From: Myxococcota bacterium
GTDB lineage: Bacteria > Myxococcota > JACRCW01
Direction of reading: 5' to 3'
DNA: 55,434 nucleotides
Assembly: GCA_040752415.1 (NCBI GenBank)
Contig: JBFMGU010000035.1
Location: 1 to 55,434, forward strand
Positions 29,101 to 37,690 of the stretch are shown piece after piece. How positions within the stretch are numbered: position 1 is the stretch's first letter; each line of letters begins with the position of its first letter. Under the pieces are notes generated by a model. It was given only the letters and a program-made list of their open reading frames with translations. It was not told where the DNA came from and did not search any database. The position numbers and the translations under genes are program-made.

Positions 29101-29629
29101 AGGTGTCACCTTCGGTGCAGGCGTTGCCGTCGTCACACGGGGCGCTGACGGGCACGGAGGAGCAGGTGTCGGTGGCGACGTCGAAGCTGTCGAGCGTGCA
29201 CGGGTTTCCGTCGTCGCAATCGGGCAGGTCCTCCGCCGTGCCGAGCAGCGCAACCTGGTGATGCTCCGCACCGTCGGCGTCGCTGGTGAGCTCCAGGGTG
29301 TGTTGGGCCGCGCCGGGCGCGACGGGCATGAAGGTTGCGCGCACGGCGACGGACTCGTCGGGAGCGAGGGTCAGGGGCGTGGCCAGGTCCACCTGGAACG
29401 GTGCGTCCGCAGGCAGCGAGCTTCCGCGGATGGTCAGCCCGCGGGTGCCCCGGTTGGCCAACCGGAATTCCCGTCCGCACGACGCACCCGCCAGGCACGA
29501 GCCGAAGTCCACGCGCGCGGGCGCCTCCAGCACCGCCACGTCGGGAGACAGCTCCACATCACAGTCCGTGCCGGGACAACCCGCCACGCACAACAACCCG
29601 ATTCCCAGGAACCGCTTCCCGCGCACCAT
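26114..29629 (-). CDS. Cys-rich repeat lipoprotein (ASH/choice-of-anchor-D-like domain, CDDGNxCT repeats, ECDGxDL repeats, two beta-rich domains)
   Basis: Lipobox CVAGC; VDFG...NRGTRGL; four CDDG(N/I)xCT units; repeated CGNGVR...ECDG. Confidence 0.85.
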   Translation of the reverse strand: MVRGKRFLGIGLLCVAGCPGTDCDVELSPDVAVLEAPARVDFGSCLAGASCGREFRLANRGTRGLTIRGSSLPADAPFQVDLATPLTLAPDESVAVRATFMPVAPGAAQHTLELTSDADGAEHHQVALLGTAEDLPDCDDGNPCTLDSFDVATDTCSSVPVSAPCDDGNACTEGDTCAEGACVGTVRHCDDGIACTVDTCDRARGCAHVAVSAACDDGNPCTTDFCDATLGCRSTVAEDGTPCGRPDGCSAWACLRGACTALPLPMELADATCPSRCGNSVREADEECDGDDLGGLSCEGLQLLSGHLGCAADCTLDASGCIPPAPACGWPAFGSPTTVDADVATYSCGHVEPYPARCPALCGNGVRDWCRVCDNDTGDCSPPLESCDGVDLGDESCRSLGFVRGELRCSSRCELDTSRCDVCGSDPHVVACGAPDVGGLVGWPLAIAAKETEIAVAAGLGYQGATSFHILGADFQPRSGVCLPVSSPFGVAPLHDGWLLGVASWQEWRWVIQLHRVDNALNTTLVTEAYGDATTPALVPGANGVALLLWHDESYTTQAILVDANGAVVWQRDVGGADPRYAVHAHGAFMFLGWDSVSYVQTLGSDGALSARTTLDMEMSFPGLTATADGARLTWIDGNWRVNWQRLDPLGTPVGPAVPLGMEKPVLPGVALGENTLFLSSPLTEDLVEVSLLDPDGQPVHPPYFLFQDPHAYVPYVQLRTVRQGNTVVAAWVGSNQRLILARLSPEPCDERAPDVLPPLANGAACSLPDPRDSWPCGGGCGNGVRDVCTSCNDDGCDDVQEECDGNDVVTTCEGMGYTGGLARCHAWCVPDPSSCIPCLPEEHVVRCGNLDVEATKAGKLSTATRDGQVAVTWTTGRDTRHAWFARLDSSLNVVTARCLGLAPSTRGRILPGVDGWLFVATSDYASPNHGRVEVFHMDDDGVVDPEPRFATAAWPGWDAKASSLSDGNALVTWVDGSGVRMATLLRVDGTAAWSTPLPLSRDSSLGTAVFTGDRILVAAAPQVGRTTIIAISPSGTVTADHEVEGWFAGLLWPEGLVTRSVMETGTGWETRVEVMELTSDGEPVARRHLVTLAGWDPGGLEVHHVANTWFLHRDTVTLVNDAGGIVAEPFRFRVVTSPDTERAYVVQDDTLVTAWVNGWPGAIGVARLLP

Positions 29630-29726
29630 GATGCGGAGTGTTGTCTTGCTCATCCGCGATGGGTGCAGCACCCCAAACGTTCAGAACACGCCACGTGGTG
29701 TTGGGTGTCGATCCGCGTCCCTGGGC

Positions 29727-31232
29727 TCACGCTCCGCCCAGCATGGCCGGCCCCAGCAGCTCCTCGGTGGCGCCGTCACCGGGGACCGTCTTCACCAGGC
29801 GGCCGCGGTACATGACGTGGATGACGTCGGAGAGCGCGAGCAGCTCGGTGAGCTCCGCGCTGAACAGCAGGATGGCCAGGCCCGCGTCGCGCGCGGTGAG
29901 GATGGCCTGGTGGATGCGCTCAATGGCGCCCACGTCGACGCCGCGCGTGGGTTGCGCCAGCACCAGCACCCGCGGGTCCCCGTGCAGCTCCCGTCCCACG
30001 ACGATCTTCTGCTGGTTTCCACCCGAGAGCGCGCCCGCGAGCTGCGCGGGATCCGGGGGACGGATGTCGAACGCGTCGATGAGCGCACGAGACAACGAGG
30101 CCACCGCGGACCCGGAGAGCAGCCCCGCGCGCGAGAACGGAGGGGTGCGCTCCTTGCCCAGCACCGCGTTCTCACTGACGCGCATCGTGGGCACCAGGCC
30201 CGCGGTCAACCGGTCCTCCGGCACGTGTGCCAGCCCCGCCTGACGACGAGCGAGCACATCCAGCGCGGACACATCCCGACCCTGCAGCAGCACCGCGCCG
30301 GTGGCGGGCAGCACCCCGCAGATGGCGTCGGCCAGCTCGGTCTGTCCGTTGCCTTCCACGCCGGCAATCCCCACGACCTCCCCCGCGCGCACCGTGAGGC
30401 TCACGCCGTCCACCGCCACTCGCCCATCCGCGCGACGCACGCGCAGCTCCCGCACCACCAGGCGCTCCTCCCCCGGCGTGGTGCCGCGCGGCTTGCGGTC
30501 CAGGGCCACGTTGCGACCCACCATCAGGCGCGCCAGCTCGTCGACGGTGAGGCCGGCGGTGGGCTGCTCCGCCACGGTCCGGCCCGCGCGCATCACGGTG
30601 ACGGCGTCGCACAGCGCCAACACCTCGGGGAGCTTGTGCGTGACCAGCACCACGGTGCGACCTTCCGCCTTGAGCCTCCGCAGCACCGCGAACAGGCTCT
30701 CCACCTCGGGCGGGGTGAGCACGGCGGTGGGCTCGTCGAGGATGAGGATGCGCGCGCCCTGGTGCAGCACCTTCAGGATCTCCACGCGCTGCTGCACGCC
30801 CACCGGCAGATCCTCGACGAGCGCATCCGGGTCCACCTGCAGCCCGAAGCGCTCGGACATGGTGGTGACGTCGGCGCGGGCGCGCTGGTGGTCAATGAAC
30901 AGGCCGGCGCGCGGCTCCTGACCCAGCGCCACGTTCTCCGCCACGCTGAGGGTGGGCACGAGCATGAAGTGCTGGTGGACCATGCCCAGCCCGCGGGCCA
31001 TGGCGTCGCGCGGACCGGTGAGGCGCGCGGGCTCACCGTGGATGCGGATCTCCCCGGTGTCGGGACGGATCAGGCCAAACAACGTCTTGCACAGCGTGCT
31101 CTTGCCCGCGCCGTTCTCCCCCACCAGCGCGTGGATGGTGCCGGTGGCCACGTGCAGGTTGGCGTCGGCATTGGCCGTGCACGCGCCGTAGCGCTTGCTG
31201 ATGCCTTCCGCGGAGAGCGCCAGCGTGCCCAT
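29727..31232 (-). CDS. ABC transporter ATP-binding protein (nucleoside/sugar type, fused double NBD)
   Basis: GENGAGKST, LILDEPT, LSGGNQQK and QPTRGVDVG motifs. Confidence 0.96.
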   Translation of the reverse strand: MGTLALSAEGISKRYGACTANADANLHVATGTIHALVGENGAGKSTLCKTLFGLIRPDTGEIRIHGEPARLTGPRDAMARGLGMVHQHFMLVPTLSVAENVALGQEPRAGLFIDHQRARADVTTMSERFGLQVDPDALVEDLPVGVQQRVEILKVLHQGARILILDEPTAVLTPPEVESLFAVLRRLKAEGRTVVLVTHKLPEVLALCDAVTVMRAGRTVAEQPTAGLTVDELARLMVGRNVALDRKPRGTTPGEERLVVRELRVRRADGRVAVDGVSLTVRAGEVVGIAGVEGNGQTELADAICGVLPATGAVLLQGRDVSALDVLARRQAGLAHVPEDRLTAGLVPTMRVSENAVLGKERTPPFSRAGLLSGSAVASLSRALIDAFDIRPPDPAQLAGALSGGNQQKIVVGRELHGDPRVLVLAQPTRGVDVGAIERIHQAILTARDAGLAILLFSAELTELLALSDVIHVMYRGRLVKTVPGDGATEELLGPAMLGGA

Positions 31233-31235
31233 GGC

Positions 31236-32291
31236 TCACTTGCTGGGAACCACGATCCTGCCGGCGATGATCTCCGCGCGCAGGGCCTCCACCTTCTGGC
31301 GCACGTCGTCGGGGATGAGGGCCTTGTTGTTCTCGTCGTAGACGTAATCCACGCCGCCGCTCCTCAGGTCCAGCTCGCGCACGCCGCCCTGGAAGGTGCC
31401 GTCCTTGACGGCCTTGATGGCGTCGAACACCGCCACCTCCACCTTCTTCACCATGCTGGTGAGCACCACGCCGGGCGCTTCCGCCCACTGGTCGCTGTCC
31501 ACGCCAATGGCCAGCTTCTTGCGCGCCCGCGCAGCCTCGAAGACGCCCAGTCCCGTCGAGCCGGAGGCGTGGAAGATGATGTCCACACCCTTGTCATACA
31601 GGCTGAGCGCCAGCTCCTTGCCCTTGCCGGGATTGGCGAACGCCTCCCCGGTGACGCCGGCAAAGGTGACCAGCACCTCGACGTCGGGGCGCACGTGCTT
31701 GGCGCCGGCCACGTATCCCGCGCGGAACTTGTGGATGAGCGGAATCTCCATGCCGCCCACAAAGCCCAGCTTGGGGCTCTTGCTGATGAGCGCGGCCAAC
31801 GCTCCGACGAGGAAGCTGCCCTCCTCCTCCTTGAACTTCAGGGCCAGCACGTTGGGCGGCACGGCCTTGCCCGGCGTCACGGTGTAGTCCACGCACGCGA
31901 ACTTCTGCTGCGGGAAGTCGGCGGCGAGGCGGTTGACGTCGTCGGTGAACAGGAAGCCCACGCCGATCACCAGGTCCACGCCCTTGGCGGCGAGCTGGCG
32001 CATGGCGCCTTCACGGTCGGCACCCGCGCCGGGCTCCAGCACCTCGGTCACCGCGCCCAGCTCCTTCTGCGCGCGCACCAGGCCGCGGTCGGCAGCGTCG
32101 TTGAAGCTCTTGTCGCCACGACCACCGATGTCGAAGACCAGGCCGACCTTGGGCGCGGCGGCGGCGGGTTGCGCGGCGGGCGGCGCGGGCTGCTCCGGCG
32201 TCCCGGGCACCTTGGGCGGGCCGGGCGTGGTGGATTCCTGCTTACACGCGGTGAAGGCGAGGACGACGAGGAGGGCGCGGGTGAGCGTCAT
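31236..32291 (-). CDS. BMP-family ABC substrate-binding lipoprotein
   Basis: Lipobox FTAC; GGRGDKSFND, FKEEEGSFLVG, AIGVDSDQ and SMVKKV motifs. Confidence 0.95.
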   Translation of the reverse strand: MTLTRALLVVLAFTACKQESTTPGPPKVPGTPEQPAPPAAQPAAAAPKVGLVFDIGGRGDKSFNDAADRGLVRAQKELGAVTEVLEPGAGADREGAMRQLAAKGVDLVIGVGFLFTDDVNRLAADFPQQKFACVDYTVTPGKAVPPNVLALKFKEEEGSFLVGALAALISKSPKLGFVGGMEIPLIHKFRAGYVAGAKHVRPDVEVLVTFAGVTGEAFANPGKGKELALSLYDKGVDIIFHASGSTGLGVFEAARARKKLAIGVDSDQWAEAPGVVLTSMVKKVEVAVFDAIKAVKDGTFQGGVRELDLRSGGVDYVYDENNKALIPDDVRQKVEALRAEIIAGRIVVPSK

Positions 32292-32469
32292 GGGATTGAT
32301 GTAGCGCACGACGGCAGGGTGCGGGAACTGCGCGGTGACCCGACACAGGGAGGCTGCGCCGCACCACTGCAAATTCCTCCGGGGGTGCGTACAGCGGGAA
32401 CCGGTGTCGGAGTGACTTGCCCGTGGGACGACGCCGTCGCCGCACCCGAATGGGAGACCGTGGTCTTGG

Positions 32470-32770
32470 CGTAAGGGGCTGGGTCAGAACGATTTGGACA
32501 CGTGGTCCCTGACCGCCTCCAGCGGACCACGACCTGGAGTGCGGCGGGCCCTCGCCGCCCTGGCCAGCGCCGAGCGCGTTCACAGCGGGCCGAACAGCCC
32601 TGGGACTCAATGACGTCGGGCGAGGCGTTGTCTCGTGGCGCGTGGAGCCTTGACGGTTGTCCAAACCGCTCGACGCTGACCAGGGCGGCGAGGGCCGCCG
32701 CACTCCAGGTCGTGGTCCGCTGGAGGCGCTCAGGACCGGATGGGCAACTTATCTTGACTCAGCCCTTACG
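32470..32770. mobile_element. Palindromic MITE-like element, copy 1
   Basis: Near-perfect inner arms of about 60 bp (CGCCTCCAGCGGACCACGACCTGGAGTGCGGCGG...) with imperfect extension to TA|AGGG...CCCT|TA. A second copy lies at the window end. Confidence 0.75.
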
Positions 32771-32798
32771 GCGGTTCGACGGGAACCGCTGTAACCCC

Positions 32799-33458
32799 TT
32801 ACCGCTGCGTCGTGACACCCACCTTCTCGCAGTACGTCTCGACGGGACAGTTGGAGCACCGTGGTCCCGTCGGGGTGCACTGGTTGCGGCCGAACGTGAC
32901 CAGCCAGTTGTTCACCGGGATCCAGTATTTCCGCGGCAGCTTCTCGCGCAGCGTCGCCTCGGTCTGCTCCGGGGTCCGGGTCCGCACGTAGCCCAGCCGG
33001 TTGAAAATGCGGTGCACGTGGATGTCCACGCAGATGCCCGGCTTGCCGAAGCCCAGCGTGAGCACCAGGTTCGCCGTCTTGCGGCCCACGCCCTTGAAGC
33101 GCAGCAGCGCGTCGAGATCGTCGGGAACCCTGCCGTGGTGCTCGTGAAGGAGCTGCTGGCTGATGGTGCGGATGGTGCGCGCCTTCTGGTCCGCGTACCT
33201 GGCCGGCGCGATGGCGCGGGCAATCTCGTCCTCGCTGAGCTGCACCATGCGACGTGGCGTGTCGGCCAGCTCGAAGAGTTGCCACATGACCCGGCGCGTG
33301 ACCTCCTCCCGCGTGCGCAGCGAGATGAGCGTGCTGACCAGCACCAGGTACGGGTCATGCGTCTTCTCCGCCACGATGCCGACGGAAGGCTGGTCGTCGA
33401 ACTGCGGCACCCACCGGGCGATGAGGTGCATCACCCGGTGGATGTCCGCGTCCTTCAT
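32799..33458 (-). CDS. nth: Endonuclease III (HhH-GPD glycosylase, 4Fe-4S)
   Basis: HhH motif KGVGRKTANLVL; VDIHVHR; C-x6-C-x2-C-x5-C. Confidence 0.95.
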   Translation of the reverse strand: MKDADIHRVMHLIARWVPQFDDQPSVGIVAEKTHDPYLVLVSTLISLRTREEVTRRVMWQLFELADTPRRMVQLSEDEIARAIAPARYADQKARTIRTISQQLLHEHHGRVPDDLDALLRFKGVGRKTANLVLTLGFGKPGICVDIHVHRIFNRLGYVRTRTPEQTEATLREKLPRKYWIPVNNWLVTFGRNQCTPTGPRCSNCPVETYCEKVGVTTQR

Positions 33459-33467
33459 GGGAACCCG

Positions 33468-33926
33468 TCAGCGACGCACGCGGCCGCGCTTGGGATTGAG
33501 CGACTCCCGGCGGCCCGCCGTCGACGACGCGGTGGCGCCGCGGGAGCGGGAGGGCTTGGCGGCGCTGGCGGGACTCAGGCCCTGCTTCCCCGCGCCTCGA
33601 CCGGAACCGGGCTTCCCCACCTCGGTGCGCGCGAGCTGGGTCCTCCGGGCGCGCGCCTTCTCGGCCAGTTTCTTGCGGCTCGCGCCGGGCGGACGGGGGC
33701 GCGGTGAATCGTCGGCGGTCTTGGAGACGCGACGCGCGCCGGTGCGGCCAATGGTGCTGGCGGGGCGGGTGCCCTCGGTGAAGTAGCTCTTCTCCTCCTC
33801 GCCCACGCTCTTGCCGCGCGCGCGCTCACCCCGCTCGCTGCGCATCTCCAGGCGGGTGCGGTGGCTGGGCTTGTCGGGGCGCTCCACCTTGCGACGACGT
33901 CCCCCGTTCTGCACGGACCTTCCCAT
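33468..33926 (-). CDS. Small, highly basic Arg/Lys-rich protein
   Basis: AGGAGG RBS upstream; stop is 9 bp before the nth start; low-complexity basic sequence. Confidence 0.6.
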   Translation of the reverse strand: MGRSVQNGGRRRKVERPDKPSHRTRLEMRSERGERARGKSVGEEEKSYFTEGTRPASTIGRTGARRVSKTADDSPRPRPPGASRKKLAEKARARRTQLARTEVGKPGSGRGAGKQGLSPASAAKPSRSRGATASSTAGRRESLNPKRGRVRR

Positions 33927-34069
33927 GGCGGTGATCCTCCTTGGCCACGTGCGCGCGCGGGTGTGGGGCGCACCGCAGGTGACGGAGCCTCAACCGCCGC
34001 AGGCGGAGGTTCATTTCGCCCGCGGCTTCCGCTCGACGGGTCCAACCATTTGGCGCGTGCGCGACGACG

Positions 34070-34873
34070 TCACTTCACGGTGTGGCGGTAGCGCGCGTTC
34101 CACTCCGCGTCGGTGAGGTGCAGGTCCAGGGGCTGTCCGGGGAAGAGCTCGTCGCGCATCAGCGCGGCCAGCTGCTCGTAGCCCGCGCGGGTCTTGGCGT
34201 CCTCCCACGCGCCCTGGCGCAGCACGAACTGCACGGTCCAGCGGCCCTTGGGCTTGAGCACCTTCACGTCGGAGGGATGGTCGCCGTTGAAGAAGGGCGC
34301 GGGGTCGCCGGGGTAGGGGGTGCGTGCCAGGAACCCGCCCACCTTCAGGGCGTCGGGGCGGAGCGCGCCCTCGTCGTAGTAGACCAGCTGCTGCGGCTTG
34401 ATCATCACGTTCCCCGACGCCGACGAGAACACGATGGTCCCGAACAGGTGCGCGCCGCCGCCCAGCATGGCCAGCACCATCCCGCCCGCGCCCAGCGCCG
34501 CCCCCCACGAGCGCGTCGCGCCGCCGGCCTTCACGTGCTCCTGGTACGCCGTGCCGTGCAGCAGGAACGCCAGCGCATAGAGCAGCGCGCCGCTGACGGG
34601 CGGGACCACCATCCAGGGCATCTGCTCGCGGAAGAACATCCACATCACCGCCATGCCCGCGCTGACCAGGCAGCACGCCACCAGCAGCCTGGTGCCCCGC
34701 GCGGAGCGGCCCAGCGCCTCGTCGTTGGCGGAGAGCAGCAGTCCGCCCGCCAGCGGCGTGCCAATCAGCGCGGCCAGCCCAATGGCGGCGGGGGAATGCA
34801 GCGCGTGGTCGGGCGCGGAGGGCTTGGGCTCCTCGGGCGCGGCGGTGGCGGTCGACTCGGCGGGTTCCGTCAT
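34070..34873 (-). CDS. Hypothetical membrane protein (about 4 TM helices plus a C-terminal soluble domain)
   Basis: Start MTEPAES after GAGGG; hydrophobic segments; GC3-rich codons. Confidence 0.7.
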   Translation of the reverse strand: MTEPAESTATAAPEEPKPSAPDHALHSPAAIGLAALIGTPLAGGLLLSANDEALGRSARGTRLLVACCLVSAGMAVMWMFFREQMPWMVVPPVSGALLYALAFLLHGTAYQEHVKAGGATRSWGAALGAGGMVLAMLGGGAHLFGTIVFSSASGNVMIKPQQLVYYDEGALRPDALKVGGFLARTPYPGDPAPFFNGDHPSDVKVLKPKGRWTVQFVLRQGAWEDAKTRAGYEQLAALMRDELFPGQPLDLHLTDAEWNARYRHTVK

Positions 34874-35210
34874 GGCAAGCAACCCCTCACGCAGGTGCGT
34901 CGTCACGCCTTTATCCACGACGAGCCGCCCAGGGCAACTGTTTCGCGCCACGGCAGGTTTTGCGGGGCTTCCGGGCGTCTTCCGCGGTTGTGGTCATGGT
35001 CTCGTTGGATTTGCGCGGGGGAGCTGTGGGCCACGGGCGGGTCTGTTGGCCGCGCGCGGACGGAGACCCGGTCTTGCGCCGTGCGTCGGAGCGATCCTAA
35101 CGTGGGCGAAGACTTGAGGACGGGGCGCGCTCCCGCTCGACGGGGCAGGCGACGTCCGAACGAAGCCCACGCGAACACATCTTGGTGGGAACCCACGGGG
35201 AGGTGGCGTC

Positions 35211-36086
35211 ATGAAGTGGACGAAGGGACTGCTCCTGTTGGCGCTGATGCTCGTCGACATCGGTGCATGTGGAGGGGAGGGGGAGGGCGGGGCGGGGGAC
35301 GGGGGCAGCGAGACGGGCACCGGTGCCAGCAGCACCAGCGGTGGCGGGTCGGGCAACGGAACCAGCAGCGGCGGATCCGCTCAGCCACAGGTCATCCAGG
35401 AGAGCGAACCCAACGACGCCAACGCCGCCGGGGAGGTCACGCGGCTGCCCACCGTCTCGGGCACGGTGTCCTATGTCCTCCGCGGGTCCCTTCCCACCGG
35501 CGGCCTGGATTCCAACGGCATCTATTCTGGCGACAAGGACATCTTCGAGGTGGAGGTGACCATCCCGGTCTCGCTGAGCGTGCGCGTGCACTGGCAGGGC
35601 AACGCCGACGTGGATACCGCCCTGGTGACGGACCGCATCCTGGTTTCCGACGTCACCACCAACAAGCCCGCACGGTTCGATATCGAGCTCGCGGGCGGCG
35701 GGTACTACTACCTGTCCGTCCAGTCCGCTTCCGGCGCGGCCGACTACGAGGCCAATGTCTTCTTCACCGCGCTCGGCGGCTCGTCGTCGGGGGGGACCTC
35801 TTCAGGCGGCGGAGGGGGCGCCTGCTTCGACGGCGAGTGCTCCACCTATCTCGATCCCGGGCTGTACTACACGTACAACTTCTGGCCGGACTGCAGCTAC
35901 GTGAAGTTCACGGAGTATTCCCTCACCAGCTCCACCGACCGCGAGGAGGGCTGGTATTCGCTTGGGCAAGGCACGGTGACGTTCACGCCCGACGAGGGAG
36001 AGGCGTATACCAAGGAGTTCGCCCGCAGCGACGACGGAAGCACGGTTTGGCTGAGCGGCGACGCCTACACCTGCATTTCCCACTGA
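35211..36086 (+). CDS. Lipoprotein with a PPC-like domain and Gly/Ser linkers
   Basis: GGAGG RBS; lipobox IGAC; QESEPND...GDKDIF...GYYYLSV. Confidence 0.75.
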   Translation: MKWTKGLLLLALMLVDIGACGGEGEGGAGDGGSETGTGASSTSGGGSGNGTSSGGSAQPQVIQESEPNDANAAGEVTRLPTVSGTVSYVLRGSLPTGGLDSNGIYSGDKDIFEVEVTIPVSLSVRVHWQGNADVDTALVTDRILVSDVTTNKPARFDIELAGGGYYYLSVQSASGAADYEANVFFTALGGSSSGGTSSGGGGGACFDGECSTYLDPGLYYTYNFWPDCSYVKFTEYSLTSSTDREEGWYSLGQGTVTFTPDEGEAYTKEFARSDDGSTVWLSGDAYTCISH

Positions 36087-36206
36087 GACCCGTCGCGGAC
36101 GCCACGGCTCCTCTCCGGGGCGTGCTCTCCGCGGCCGGACGTTGACGCACCGCGCGGCGCTTGCCGTAGAGTCCTCGTCGGTCACATCCGTGGATGGGGA
36201 GGCGGC

Positions 36207-37328
36207 ATGCGGTGGATGGTCCTGCTGGCGCTGGCGCAGGTGTTCTCCTCGGCGTCACCCACGGAGACCGCGCCCAGCGTCGGCGTGCTGCAGGTGGAGG
36301 CGTCCTACGGTCTCCCCGCCGGCGTGGCGACGCTGCTGACCGACCAGCTGACCCAGGTCGTCCGCAACAGCGGCGCCTTTGGCCAGGTGGTCTCCTTCAA
36401 GGAGATCGAGGCGGTGATGGGCGCGGAGCGCAGTCGGATGCTCTCCCAATGTGATTCCGACGGGTGCATGGCGGAGATGGCCGGTGCGCTGGGCGTGGAC
36501 ACGCTGCTCACCTCCTCCGTGGGCAAGCTGGGCAATTCCTATGTGCTGACGCTGCGGCTGCTCAGCGTGAAGCGAGCCATGACGCTGGCCAGCGTGTCGG
36601 AGCGGATGAAGGACACGGCGGAGGATGCGTTGCTGGATGCGCTGGAGCCCGCGGTGCTGCGCCTGCTGCGCGACGCCGGGATGTCGCCCTCACCCCGCAG
36701 CGCTCCCGTTGCCAGCGAGCCCGTGCGACCCGCTCCGACGACACCCGCGGTGACTCCGGCGCCGGTGCCCGCGGTTTCGGAGGCCACGCTGGTGAAGGTG
36801 GACCAGAAGATGCGCGCGCGGCAGTTCCAGGACGTGGTGGACCTGCTGGCGCCGGTGGCGGCCACCGGTGGCGCCGTGCCTCCGCCGACACGGATGGACT
36901 ACGCGCGCGCCCTGGCGGAGATCGGTGATTTCCCGCGCGCGAAGGATGCGGCGCGAAAGGTGGCGGATGATGCGGCCGCGCCCGCCGCGCTCCGACGACA
37001 GGCTGGTGGGTTTCTGGAGCAGCTGCCGGGGAAATGCGTGGAGCGCTCGGAGGCGGAATACACCACGTGCCTGGGCAAGCTCTCGGACTCCGCCGACGAC
37101 GACCAGTGCCGCAAGTTGCTGGACCCCAGCCGCATGACCCGCGTGTACATCATCTACGCGGTGGTGATTGCGCTCTGTCCTCCCTTTGGCATCCCGTGGG
37201 TGGCCATGTTCCATCCCATCATGTGGCTCATCAGCCGCCCCAGCGTGCAGCAGTGCGAGAAGCGCGACGTGGAATGCGCCCCCGTCTACGACGCGGCCAA
37301 GGCGGTGTGCACCACGTTGCACGACTGA
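36207..37328 (+). CDS. Secreted hypothetical protein (TolB-N/CsgG-like N-terminal domain, TPR-like segment, Cys-bracketed TM)
   Basis: GGAGG RBS; signal peptide; CDSDGCMAEMAGALGV...VGKLG...LRLL. Confidence 0.65.
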   Translation: MRWMVLLALAQVFSSASPTETAPSVGVLQVEASYGLPAGVATLLTDQLTQVVRNSGAFGQVVSFKEIEAVMGAERSRMLSQCDSDGCMAEMAGALGVDTLLTSSVGKLGNSYVLTLRLLSVKRAMTLASVSERMKDTAEDALLDALEPAVLRLLRDAGMSPSPRSAPVASEPVRPAPTTPAVTPAPVPAVSEATLVKVDQKMRARQFQDVVDLLAPVAATGGAVPPPTRMDYARALAEIGDFPRAKDAARKVADDAAAPAALRRQAGGFLEQLPGKCVERSEAEYTTCLGKLSDSADDDQCRKLLDPSRMTRVYIIYAVVIALCPPFGIPWVAMFHPIMWLISRPSVQQCEKRDVECAPVYDAAKAVCTTLHD

Positions 37329-37690
37329 TGGGATTGAAACGCATGCCCACGGCCCCCGCCCAGGTTGTTCGTGGCCGCAGGCGAAACCCAACGATGACGA
37401 CGTGAAACAGGTAGGGACTGCCGAACCGCGCTGGCAGAGCAGGCCCAGTGGGCGCGGCTCGACAGCAGTTCCCGCCCAGCTGGCAGTGGCGCCACGGTGA
37501 AACGATGTTCGCGCTGCGCCGCGAAGGTCGTTCAGGGCTGCAGGATTCTTCCCTGTTATTGCGGGTCGCCTGTCGCAGAAGCGGTGGTGGCGTCGTCGAA
37601 AGCACACAGCCCCGGTCCTTCCCAAGAAAAAATCGGAAGGTCATGCCGGTCTCCTTCGTCCTGGCGTGCGGAACGCCGAAGGAGGCCCTT

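Noticed and set aside
29655..29675. Possible duplicate of the permease start (GTGCTGCA) beside the ATPase end
   Set aside because: Only about 8 bp match, which is not significant in GC-rich DNA.
37330..37340. GGGATTGAAAC resembling a CRISPR repeat 3' end
   Set aside because: It occurs once, with no periodic repeat-spacer structure and no cas genes.
37414..37473. Imperfect hairpin in the 37329-37690 intergenic region as a riboswitch or ncRNA
   Set aside because: No recognisable family motif; GC-rich stems arise by chance or act as simple terminators.
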